Of a DNA stretch of 24,027 bases, positions 10,088-17,652 are shown in pieces. The position numbers were made by a program, and so were the translations under genes. Under the pieces are notes generated by a model. That model was not told the origin of the DNA and did not search any database. It worked only from the letters and a program-made list of their open reading frames with translations. The first letter of the stretch is position 1. Each line of letters begins with the position of its first letter. The stretch spans positions 1-24,027 of the IMG/VR virus record IMGVR_UViG_3300008255_000470, one strand, 5' to 3'. Source of the DNA: a virus (taxonomy: Duplodnaviria > Caudoviricetes).

Positions 10088-10953
10088 TAGCTCAAGGTCC
10101 CCGATGTTGCACCAACTACCCTGGGGCATACTAACCACAACTGCCCACCAGGGCTCGTGGTCGATACGCTCCAAGCAGTATCCGCGATGATCTCGCAGGC
10201 TATCAGTCGACCCAGAGAATTCTGCTCCACACTAATGCCTGTAGTACCTGTTTGGGCTCCTACCTCAAGGATGTGGTCTATGTATCCAACGGCGTCCGAA
10301 GCGCCTCCCTGGAGCCTTATTCCGACCGCATTTTCCCCGGCCAAATAAAGATCTTTAATGTCTATGTGGATATGACCAAACCCAGGTGCCTCATCTTCTA
10401 TCCCTCTGCCATTTGCACTAACAAACAATAAAGCGCAATCGACAAATAAAATACTCCCGTCTGTTTCGCTTTTTGCATTTGTACATCCAGTAATATCTCC
10501 TGCAGTCCCCCTTCCGTCTGAAATAAAGGAAGTATACCAAGCCCCATTGCCACCGGTTTTGAGTAGCATAATTTGATTAGACTCTGATGGATAATGTGCG
10601 TAGATATTAACTCTTGCTCTTGGCTCCAATGTGATTTGGCCAACTATCGATGCGGCGAACCCGGTCAAAATAACATTAGCCGGTACGGTAAAGGATTCGG
10701 TATACCTACCGGCCCCTTGGATATCCACTCTGACGGCGCAACAATCCGGGTCCCCTACAAGAAGCTCTGAGGCCCTGGTGAGGGCTGAGGCTATAGTCAA
10801 CTTAGGTTGGTTTATGTTTCCCGAATTGATATCAAGTCCGCTTTTTGAAACATAGATAACAAACTCTGAATCGGTAGGTACGAAACCATCGATGAATAAA
10901 TCTCCATTGACCGGGCGTAGACTAATTCCTGAACCGCTTTTAATTTCCGGCAT
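10087..10953 (-). CDS. Putative beta-helix-like virion appendage protein
   Basis: 288 aa; IYVSKSG.D.NSG.I.QPKLTIASAL...GRYTE is the N-terminal cap motif common to pectin-lyase-like beta-helices; RBS GGAGG. Confidence 0.5.
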   Translation of the reverse strand: MPEIKSGSGISLRPVNGDLFIDGFVPTDSEFVIYVSKSGLDINSGNINQPKLTIASALTRASELLVGDPDCCAVRVDIQGAGRYTESFTVPANVILTGFAASIVGQITLEPRARVNIYAHYPSESNQIMLLKTGGNGAWYTSFISDGRGTAGDITGCTNAKSETDGSILFVDCALLFVSANGRGIEDEAPGFGHIHIDIKDLYLAGENAVGIRLQGGASDAVGYIDHILEVGAQTGTTGISVEQNSLGRLIACEIIADTAWSVSTTSPGGQLWLVCPRVVGATSGTLS

Positions 10954-11371
10954 ATGTAACTACCTCCTCTTGGTAAAGTACCGGCTGGCCGTTATAGGTT
11001 AGTATCTCGCCATCTTGGCCCGTTTCGATTTCAAAATCAAAATCTTTTATCGATTGATACTTAGAAAATCCAGACCTTCTCCAATCCCCGACTTTCTGTA
11101 TTCGGTACCGTGCTCCATCGACTATAATTGCGTCATCTGTATCGAGTATTTCTGTTTTACTTTTGATTATTACGTTCCACCATGCCCAAGACCAGAACTC
11201 CTCAGGCATTTTCTTGAGTTCATTTTCCGGTGTTGGCTGTAGGTTTACATCCAGGTCTACAAGAAAGGCGACTTCTTCCTTAAGACCTATAGAACTTACC
11301 GTAGAGGTTATTTTCAAGCATGTCTTTTTTTCGGTCCATCCCCTAAGGGCTCTGTTAAGATTCGGGACCAT
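10940..11371 (-). CDS. Head closure / head-tail joining protein
   Basis: 143 aa; NLQP...LKKMPE, D.IIVDGARYRIQKVGDW...GF motifs; neck-module synteny. Confidence 0.65.
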   Translation of the reverse strand: MVPNLNRALRGWTEKKTCLKITSTVSSIGLKEEVAFLVDLDVNLQPTPENELKKMPEEFWSWAWWNVIIKSKTEILDTDDAIIVDGARYRIQKVGDWRRSGFSKYQSIKDFDFEIETGQDGEILTYNGQPVLYQEEVVTYAGN

Positions 11372-11868
11372 TAGTCACCTCCGCCTTGGCCTACTGCGCT
11401 GGTCGTGGCATTCATCATGCCACCGGTATCTTGTAACAGTTTCGAAGATTCATCAACAGGTCTTCCGCTCGGCCTGGTTGTATAGTTGTCGCTAAACCCC
11501 TGCCAAGTACCAAACCCCTCGGTATCGTAGGCTTCCTTGATCGCCTCTTCTCCTGCTATACCAATCCGCTGAAAAATAAGTTTTATATTTTGACCTTCCA
11601 GCGCCTGAACCCATACGGCTTCTGCGGCCTTTTGAAGGTTTTTCCGTCGGTAGGTAAGCCCAAGACGAATAAACGATCGTTCTGGGATTTTCTGCGTAAT
11701 TGAGCCGAATTCATGGACTGCGGCAATCCCTGCGACGTTGAGCTCCCCGTCTTCTGATTCGGCTCCTTCGCCAAGAATTCCGATATCTACGTAATAATTA
11801 GCTTCCAATTGCTTGAGTAATTTATTAAGGCCGGAGAAATCTGCATCGATCTGTATACCTCCGGCCAT
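11371..11868 (-). CDS. Neck / tail completion protein (HK97 gp10-like)
   Basis: 165 aa; IAAVHEFGS...IPERSFIR and LLQDTG motifs. Confidence 0.8.
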   Translation of the reverse strand: MAGGIQIDADFSGLNKLLKQLEANYYVDIGILGEGAESEDGELNVAGIAAVHEFGSITQKIPERSFIRLGLTYRRKNLQKAAEAVWVQALEGQNIKLIFQRIGIAGEEAIKEAYDTEGFGTWQGFSDNYTTRPSGRPVDESSKLLQDTGGMMNATTSAVGQGGGD

Positions 11869-11876
11869 AAATCCCC

Positions 11877-12287
11877 CTAAGGCCTGGTAGAGCCTTCGAC
11901 CACCATGACTACTCCGTCAAGATAAGGCCTTGTGAGCATTAGCCACTTTTGACCGTAGTAGGTCGTTGAATAAAAAGCAAAATCCCCTTTCATCATCCAT
12001 TCGGGGATTTGTACCGATTCGCTTATTCCGTCTGCAGACCGGGAAGTTTGATTAAAAGAAGGCTGGCCTCCGGAATTCGACGCATCGATATCCAGAGAAA
12101 GAAAGTGCGCCGTGAGATAAAGAAACGCTATGGTTGCTACCTCATCGGGGTAGAGGGCGGTATTAAATACGGCCGTGGCCTCTGCTATGGCCGAATCGAT
12201 ATCTTTATCCCTTACCGCCGGGGCAGTATCCCCATAGGTAAATTGTCCCCGGTCGAAGTATTCCCGGAATTCCTCAGGGGTAGTCAT
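11877..12287 (-). CDS. Head-tail adaptor (DUF4054-like)
   Basis: 136 aa; LYLTAHFL, SRSADGISES and TYYGQKW motifs. Confidence 0.8.
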   Translation of the reverse strand: MTTPEEFREYFDRGQFTYGDTAPAVRDKDIDSAIAEATAVFNTALYPDEVATIAFLYLTAHFLSLDIDASNSGGQPSFNQTSRSADGISESVQIPEWMMKGDFAFYSTTYYGQKWLMLTRPYLDGVVMVVEGSTRP

Positions 12288-12526
12288 TCTTCGGTTTTAT
12301 CCTCTTCGGTTTCGTCAATTTCTGGCTTTACCTTTTTTGACTTTTGCTTCTTGGTCTCCTCTACTTCCTGCCCGATTTCATCGAGAATGGTAATTTCTCG
12401 GTAGGCTTTTGCCATGGATCTGGCTTGGACTTCCGGAAGGTCGACTACTTTTCGAGGGAGCAATACAAAATCGGCCCCGTCTTTTTTTACGGTAAATGCT
12501 CGCTGTCCTTGGTTTAATACTTTCAC
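12284..12526 (-). CDS. Small hypothetical head-module protein
   Basis: 80 aa, GTG start, charged C-terminal tail; overlaps both neighbours by 4 nt. Confidence 0.7.
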   Translation of the reverse strand: MKVLNQGQRAFTVKKDGADFVLLPRKVVDLPEVQARSMAKAYREITILDEIGQEVEETKKQKSKKVKPEIDETEEDKTEE

Positions 12527-12996
12527 ACAATCTCCTTTTGGTACGATGGTTTTTTTAGGGTATCAATACCTGATCCCTTTTGGCATTGTATCACGATACC
12601 GAGTGCCGAAACATACCCCATTAAATAAAAAAGGCTATCTCTCTGCTCTCCGTATTCGCTACCGTGAATCATGTCCACGCCATAAAGATGGATTTCTGTA
12701 TACCCAAGGTGTACCGCATACCCTATCATCCAAGCAATCGAGGAGTGAAATATATCCCCGAATTTATCAATCAACTGACGTGCCGGTAAAATCTCTTTCC
12801 CTTCGATAAACGGCCCCATAAGTACGGCCGGGGCTTTTGATAACCAAGGTTCTAACACTTCCGGCTTGTGAAGGTTAAAGACCTTATCCGCTTTTTGCCC
12901 AACCTTTCCGTAGGCAGTAGATACTACCCACTTGGGATTAGACGAAGAAAGGCAAGAGGAAGAATCCTTCCCCTTGCCTACGATATCAACTATCAA
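12523..12996 (-). CDS. Hypothetical protein resembling the sialyltransferase/MAF(DUF115)-like fold
   Basis: 157 aa; N-terminal IVGKG and SSIAWMIGYAVHLGYTEIHLYGVDM motif; 4-nt overlap with the MCP stop. Confidence 0.5.
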   Translation of the reverse strand: MIVDIVGKGKDSSSCLSSSNPKWVVSTAYGKVGQKADKVFNLHKPEVLEPWLSKAPAVLMGPFIEGKEILPARQLIDKFGDIFHSSIAWMIGYAVHLGYTEIHLYGVDMIHGSEYGEQRDSLFYLMGYVSALGIVIQCQKGSGIDTLKKPSYQKEIV

Positions 12997-13988
12997 GTCG
13001 ATGGAGCGGTTTCATCGAAGTACAGGACTTCTCGCTTTCGAGAAATAAGTACCCCCGAGTACTGACCATACGCTGGCTGTTGGAACATGATGTTGTTCGA
13101 GGTTCCAGGCTGTAGCATGGTGAAGTCGACCGGAATGTTCATGGTAAGAACGTCCGGGGAATTCTTGTACAAGGTGTACCGGTTTTTGTTTACGCCGAAC
13201 TTCTCGTTTCTGGTCGCTTGGGCATACGCCAAGGGAAGAATCTGGAAACCTGCGTTTCCGGTCATCTTCTTGAAATTGTTTTCCAGGTATTCCAGCTTAC
13301 TTATGTTGGGGTAAGCTGAGGAATATGGAACTCCCATTCCAAGGTAGTCAGAAGTCGGAATAACAAAAGTATCCGGCATTGCTGTATCGTTGCTGTTGGT
13401 GAAATACGCCGTGAGAACTCCTTTTACAAAAAGGGTAAACTCGGTCGCATCCATTTCTGAAAGAGGCTCGGTAATCAACGCCGTATTGATATTAACCTCT
13501 GAGGCGTTAATCAGTCCGGTCATTCCGGTAATCGAGGGGTGGCCTAAAAAGGCTACCTGCTGAATTCCGAGGTCCCAGTTTTTTTTGAGTGATTCGAGCT
13601 TGGACTCGACCACATTCCAGTTCTGCGCGGCGAGGGCTTTCTCAATTTCCATTACGGTGTAATTGATTCCCTTTGCCCAGGTATTAATAGGCATTCTCAC
13701 GTTTCCGAGAATTGCCCCGACTGAAGCGATTTGGCCGTTGCCCTCAAGGGTGTCAACGTCGCCTTGGAAGAAATCCCCGCCGGTCTGAAAGCTCAGGGGC
13801 TGTACAATTTCATCCATCCAACTCGCCTGTCCTACGTCTACCGGCATAAATTCAGCCGGAGAAACCTCGTAGAACTTTTGAGTAATTACCCGGTTCTTAA
13901 TCTCGGTGAGGGTATCGATTGCGTATTTGTAACCGGTACTCCCAACATTGATCGAGCCGTCAGCATTCATGATTTTTAATCCGATCAT
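12993..13988 (-). CDS. Major capsid protein (DUF2184-like, HK97 fold)
   Basis: 331 aa; YTVMEIEKA, AFLGH...GLIN and PDTFVIP motifs; follows the decoration protein. Confidence 0.9.
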   Translation of the reverse strand: MIGLKIMNADGSINVGSTGYKYAIDTLTEIKNRVITQKFYEVSPAEFMPVDVGQASWMDEIVQPLSFQTGGDFFQGDVDTLEGNGQIASVGAILGNVRMPINTWAKGINYTVMEIEKALAAQNWNVVESKLESLKKNWDLGIQQVAFLGHPSITGMTGLINASEVNINTALITEPLSEMDATEFTLFVKGVLTAYFTNSNDTAMPDTFVIPTSDYLGMGVPYSSAYPNISKLEYLENNFKKMTGNAGFQILPLAYAQATRNEKFGVNKNRYTLYKNSPDVLTMNIPVDFTMLQPGTSNNIMFQQPAYGQYSGVLISRKREVLYFDETAPST

Positions 13989-14458
13989 GTTGAGGCCTCC
14001 ACGAATTGAAGTCTAATCCGGCCCTGGTCGCCGTCTGCGACTTTATCGATAAGGGTACCGGCCTTGGTTGCAGTAGTAACTGCAAGAAATTCCCCTGCGT
14101 TGGAGTTGTCCAGGGTTACGTCTACGCCACGAGCTAAAGTAGCTCCGGCGAGTAGCACCATTACCACACCATTCCCGGCAATCTGTACCAGGTCATTAGC
14201 TACAAACTCCGCTTTCTTTGTGGAGAAAACGATGATCCCGTCTAATTGGTCAGTGTTGCCTGACCGTACCCCCACAATAGGTACTCCGCCTGGATCGCTT
14301 GCTCCCTTGTCCACAAACTTTACACCCTGACCGGGTACAAAGGTCGCCTCCGAAGCTGGGTCAATCCGTACGGTCATTACCGAGGGGTTTGGATTGGTTT
14401 GAAGGTCGAGTTCTCCGACAGGTCGGGTTTGCTCGAACTGATTGGGGTTGAAGCTCAT
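13985..14458 (-). CDS. Capsid decoration / cement protein
   Basis: 157 aa, small-residue- and beta-rich, between protease/scaffold and MCP. Confidence 0.7.
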   Translation of the reverse strand: MSFNPNQFEQTRPVGELDLQTNPNPSVMTVRIDPASEATFVPGQGVKFVDKGASDPGGVPIVGVRSGNTDQLDGIIVFSTKKAEFVANDLVQIAGNGVVMVLLAGATLARGVDVTLDNSNAGEFLAVTTATKAGTLIDKVADGDQGRIRLQFVEAST

Positions 14459-14958
14459 TTAGAACCTCCTTGATCTACAAGGCTACCGTAACGGGCCTTA
14501 CCCATGGCAAGCCGGTCTTGCTTGGTCAAAATCTTGACCGGGGTAATCCCCTCGGAACCTGCGGCGTTTTTGATCGCCTTATTGACAGACTCGGCCTTCT
14601 TTGCCGAATTCGAAACCATTCCGGGCCCCTGTTTGGTTTCGTCAACTACTTCTTCGACGACTACATCTTGAGGAGGTTCTGCGTTTTCGGCAGTTTTCCC
14701 GGCCTTGTATGCGTTGAGAAGTTCAGAAACCTTCACTTTCTCCCCGTCTACATCGATTTCGTCGTCCTCATTGAGAACCGAGTTTTTTGACTGGTTCTTC
14801 TGTGCCTTGTATGCGTTGACCATTTCTTCCAGAGATACCTCTGAGCCGTCTTCGTTCTTGTAGACAGCGTTGGTCACGTCCATTTCTTCCATTTCCTCGG
14901 CAGCATTCTTTACTACCGGTTTTGGCGCTTCTTTCTTCCGAAAGAGTTTAATTCCCAT
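14455..14958 (-). CDS. Nested in-frame scaffold protein (167 aa, MGIKLFRKK...)
   Basis: AGGAGG lies 8 nt upstream of an internal in-frame ATG at 14958, just after the protease domain. Confidence 0.65.
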   Translation of the reverse strand: MGIKLFRKKEAPKPVVKNAAEEMEEMDVTNAVYKNEDGSEVSLEEMVNAYKAQKNQSKNSVLNEDDEIDVDGEKVKVSELLNAYKAGKTAENAEPPQDVVVEEVVDETKQGPGMVSNSAKKAESVNKAIKNAAGSEGITPVKILTKQDRLAMGKARYGSLVDQGGSK

Positions 14959-15465
14959 AGATTTATCCTCCTGGGGGTTTCTTTCCAACTGTACGCTATT
15001 TGCGTATATCTTGGCGTTTTGGTAGCGAGGGTTTGGTACTATCGCTAAATGCAGGTACTCACCGTCTTTAAGCTCGTTGTCATAAGGAATTTGGTTTTCG
15101 ACCCCTCCTGGGCCTTCTTCGGTGGGGAGGTATGCATTGGATACTGAAAATCCATTCTCGATGTTCTTTTGTGTATCTTCGTCCCAAATGACAACGTCCA
15201 CATAATCCCAGCCGTTCTCCAATTTTCCGACCTCGGCTACTACTCCGACCGCAACTTCTTCGAGCTGTCCGGTGGTGAAATCAAACAGGTCCTCCGGGGA
15301 GGCGTCCGTATGATCTACGTTTACAACCGGCTTTCCGATAAAAGTAGGGCGCATTTTATCGATGGCCTCTTGGGTTACAAGGAGAGTACCTAACTGCTCA
15401 TTTTCGGGATACCCTACAAGACCCGGCCTAATATGCTCGGCCCTGTAGCGTTTTCCTACTGCCAT
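14455..15465 (-). CDS. Prohead protease-scaffold (DUF2213-like)
   Basis: 336 aa; FIGKPVV..H, VSNAY and HLAIVPNPRY in the N-terminal half; acidic/charged C-terminal half. Confidence 0.85.
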   Translation of the reverse strand: MAVGKRYRAEHIRPGLVGYPENEQLGTLLVTQEAIDKMRPTFIGKPVVNVDHTDASPEDLFDFTTGQLEEVAVGVVAEVGKLENGWDYVDVVIWDEDTQKNIENGFSVSNAYLPTEEGPGGVENQIPYDNELKDGEYLHLAIVPNPRYQNAKIYANSVQLERNPQEDKSMGIKLFRKKEAPKPVVKNAAEEMEEMDVTNAVYKNEDGSEVSLEEMVNAYKAQKNQSKNSVLNEDDEIDVDGEKVKVSELLNAYKAGKTAENAEPPQDVVVEEVVDETKQGPGMVSNSAKKAESVNKAIKNAAGSEGITPVKILTKQDRLAMGKARYGSLVDQGGSK

Positions 15466-15482
15466 TTGCTACCTCTGTTTAA

Positions 15483-15511
15483 GGAATATCACCGTTTGAA
15501 GTAAATGTCAA
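15483..15511 (-). promoter_or_regulatory. Sigma70-like promoter upstream of the protease/capsid genes
   Basis: TTGACA-N17-TATTCC with a TG extension, in a short intergenic gap; the -10 is imperfect. Confidence 0.5.
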
Positions 15512-15513
15512 AC

Positions 15514-15666
15514 TTATGACAGCTTCACCTTGAATAAAACCATGACCGCTATTGAGAATCGAACTCTTAAAGGTTTCGTGTGAAGTTCTGAAAGCCACTG
15601 ATTTACAACACCATCGGCGTAAGTTGTCGCCGTTTTCCTAATCTTCCTTGCTTTCTGGTTTTTCAT
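15514..15666 (-). CDS. Small basic hypothetical protein (start revised to MKNQKARK, 50 aa)
   Basis: ATG at 15666 preceded by GGGGGA, just after the MuF stop. Confidence 0.55.
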   Translation of the reverse strand: MKNQKARKIRKTATTYADGVVNQWLSELHTKPLRVRFSIAVMVLFKVKLS

Positions 15667-15674
15667 GTTTCCCC

Positions 15675-16709
15675 CTAATATGTCCCCGGCACTAACGGAC
15701 GGCGTGTACATCGACAGTTAAAGGCTATTCCTGGGTGCCTCATGTCTGCACCGATTGCGGACTTCGGTTTCCATACCCCCCGCTTTGCATCTTCGATCGA
15801 ATCTGCGTAAACCGTTGGGTCTGACATTTTACAGACTTTCCCATTCATTGCGAAATGATTCCCATGGCCTGGGGTAGGATTGGGATATTCACCGGCCGGG
15901 TTCCCCACTTGCCTATTATCCGCTACCCCTTGCCAAATGTACCAAACTATACCGGCGTCGGTGTATCTCCGGTCCTGGATCGCTGAGGAAAGAAGGGTTG
16001 TTTCTTGTCTGGCTAAAAAACGGGCTTTGTTGTCACTTACCGACCATTCGGCTTGGATCGCTTGGGCTAATTGCTCCCGATTCATTCCGGCTAACATATT
16101 TCGCTGAGCCATATCCCTGAGCCGAACAATCTGCTCTTGGTCCCACTGCTGGACCCAATACCTCATGTTTTCGTTATAGTCTTTTCGTAACCGTGATAAT
16201 TGCTCGGGAGTAAAACCAAGCCCTACCGCAAGGTCGTCTATGTCTCGATCTGCACTTTCGATTATGTCGAAAATCGATCCTTGCATATTGAAATCAAGGT
16301 TTTCTACTAACGTTTTGACCCGTTGTTCCATTCGGTCGATTTCGATCTGTAGCCTTTTAAGCATAGATTCATTTTGGAATCTTCGGGCCGATAAGGCGGT
16401 AGTGATTGGCAACGGTATTGCCTTAATTGGTCTCCACCCATTTGTTCGTCTGTCGAACTCTGCAAACCCTTTTAGGTCTGCGGAAATTCTTGAGTTGACA
16501 GAACCGGTAAATTGTACCCCGTCGAAGTTGATCCGGCCTGACCTAATAGCTTCTACCAGGTGAGAAGTCCCGGCGTTTTGGATTGCTCCTTGCTTTTTTA
16601 TCGCCCCGTAATCTTTAGCTATTTCGATTAGTGGATGAAAATAGTTATCAAAAAAGAATTGCCTTAATCTCTTGTAGGCTGGATCACTCCACGATTCCCG
16701 AAATCTCAT
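15675..16709 (-). CDS. Head morphogenesis protein (Mu gpF / SPP1 gp7-like)
   Basis: 344 aa; ARFLARQET, YIWQGVAD.R and HPGIAFNCRC at the C-terminus; no C-terminal extension. Confidence 0.9.
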   Translation of the reverse strand: MRFRESWSDPAYKRLRQFFFDNYFHPLIEIAKDYGAIKKQGAIQNAGTSHLVEAIRSGRINFDGVQFTGSVNSRISADLKGFAEFDRRTNGWRPIKAIPLPITTALSARRFQNESMLKRLQIEIDRMEQRVKTLVENLDFNMQGSIFDIIESADRDIDDLAVGLGFTPEQLSRLRKDYNENMRYWVQQWDQEQIVRLRDMAQRNMLAGMNREQLAQAIQAEWSVSDNKARFLARQETTLLSSAIQDRRYTDAGIVWYIWQGVADNRQVGNPAGEYPNPTPGHGNHFAMNGKVCKMSDPTVYADSIEDAKRGVWKPKSAIGADMRHPGIAFNCRCTRRPLVPGTY

Positions 16710-17172
16710 CTTGTATTTCCTGTCTTACTCGCACGAGTATTTTACCAAGCCTATTTTCTCCTCTCCATTGAGTAGGGTCAAGGGCCTTTGGATCATCTTC
16801 AGATAGCCCGATTCCCCATATTGTATCTGTAGGGCCTGCCTCGGCAATTATGGAATCTCCTGTCTCAAGTAAATATTTCCGATATAGTTTTTCTTTGAAC
16901 TTTTCTTTATTGGCGATGTACACGAATCTTTCAGAGACTTTTCCCCACTCGTCGGAATTAAATTCTTTAACCGATCTTCCTAATTGCTTTTGTTCGGACG
17001 GGCTTTGTGATTCGATTATTTTCTTTGCCGTCTCGAGGTCTTCGAAATACAAAGCTTTTTGAACCATCATGTATTGCTCGCAACAATTATACATACATCC
17101 GTCGATGCAGATGTAACTTGTTGCCCATTGAGACAATGGGCCGTTATAGAACAAGTAAACCTTTTTTTCCAT
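16684..17172 (-). CDS. NADAR-family (YbiA-like) N-glycosidase / ADP-ribosyl hydrolase
   Basis: 162 aa; LSQW, EQYMMVQKA..F.D, KQLGR.V..F, LLETG...IAEAGPTDTIWGIG and WRGENRLGKIL motifs. Confidence 0.93.
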   Translation of the reverse strand: MEKKVYLFYNGPLSQWATSYICIDGCMYNCCEQYMMVQKALYFEDLETAKKIIESQSPSEQKQLGRSVKEFNSDEWGKVSERFVYIANKEKFKEKLYRKYLLETGDSIIAEAGPTDTIWGIGLSEDDPKALDPTQWRGENRLGKILVRVRQEIQDEISGIVE

Positions 17173-17177
17173 AAATC

Positions 17178-17206
17178 AGTATATCATATTTTTTGAAAAT
17201 TGTCTT
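17178..17206 (-). promoter_or_regulatory. Promoter for NADAR, probably producing a leaderless mRNA
   Basis: AAGACA-N17-TATACT with extended TGn; only 5 nt to the ATG and no SD. Confidence 0.6.
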
Positions 17207-17266
17207 GTCTGCGATTATCTTCATATTTTAGGCGAAAAAGGGGGATAAATTGCAAATTGGTAGTTT

Positions 17267-17485
17267 ATAAATCATTGTATTATAAGTACTTACAAATACA
17301 AGTATATTGTGTTATCACATTTTGACACAAAATACGTAAGTCCTTATAGTATAAGGAAATAGAACTGCGCTACAATCGATTATTCAAAATGTAACGCATA
17401 GTTGTAGGAAGCGTAGTTGAAAAATCGATATATAATCAGTTGGGTTATTTTTACCATTGTAAGTCTTTACTGAATAATTACTTAC
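17267..17485. repeat. Three imperfect 27-bp palindromes (consensus GTAAGTnnTTAnnnnnTAAnnACTTAC)
   Basis: 17267-17293 ataaatcattgtattataagtacttac; 17336-17362 gtaagtccttatagtataaggaaatag; 17459-17485 gtaagtctttactgaataattacttac. The three align without gaps. Confidence 0.75.
17322..17350 (+). promoter_or_regulatory. Near-consensus plus-strand (antisense-direction) sigma70 promoter
   Basis: TTGACA (17322-27), 17-nt spacer, TATAGT (17345-50); the -10 lies inside palindrome 2. Confidence 0.6.
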
Positions 17486-17496
17486 AAGGGCGTTTT

Positions 17497-17652
17497 TTAC
17501 GCTTCTGTGTTTTCTCTATTTTCCTCATTTTTTGGTACTTCTGAAAATATCGAATAATCGTAAAATCTTTCATCTAATCCTATTATTTCAATGTCCTCGT
17601 CCGTGATTTCTTCGGGTTCTCTTTCCTGATTTCTAAATAACTTCAACTTCAT
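17497..17652 (-). CDS. Small acidic protein (51 aa; not in ORF track)
   Basis: MKLKLFRNQEREPEEITDEDIEIIGLDERFYDYSIFSEVPKNEENRENTEA*; SD-like GGGAG upstream; overlaps the portal-ART 3' end by 20 nt. Confidence 0.6.
   Translation of the reverse strand: MKLKLFRNQEREPEEITDEDIEIIGLDERFYDYSIFSEVPKNEENRENTEA

Noticed and set aside
10088-10174. Longer start for the tail terminator ORF
   Set aside because: It has an 88-nt overlap with the upstream gene; the TAATG-coupled ATG at 10087 is more plausible.
15675-16709. MuF polymorphic toxin
   Set aside because: The protein ends shortly after NCRC with no toxin extension; the toxin-like domain is on the portal.
17267-17485. CRISPR mini-array
   Set aside because: The repeats are too degenerate, the spacers are unequal (42 and 96 nt), and there are no cas genes.
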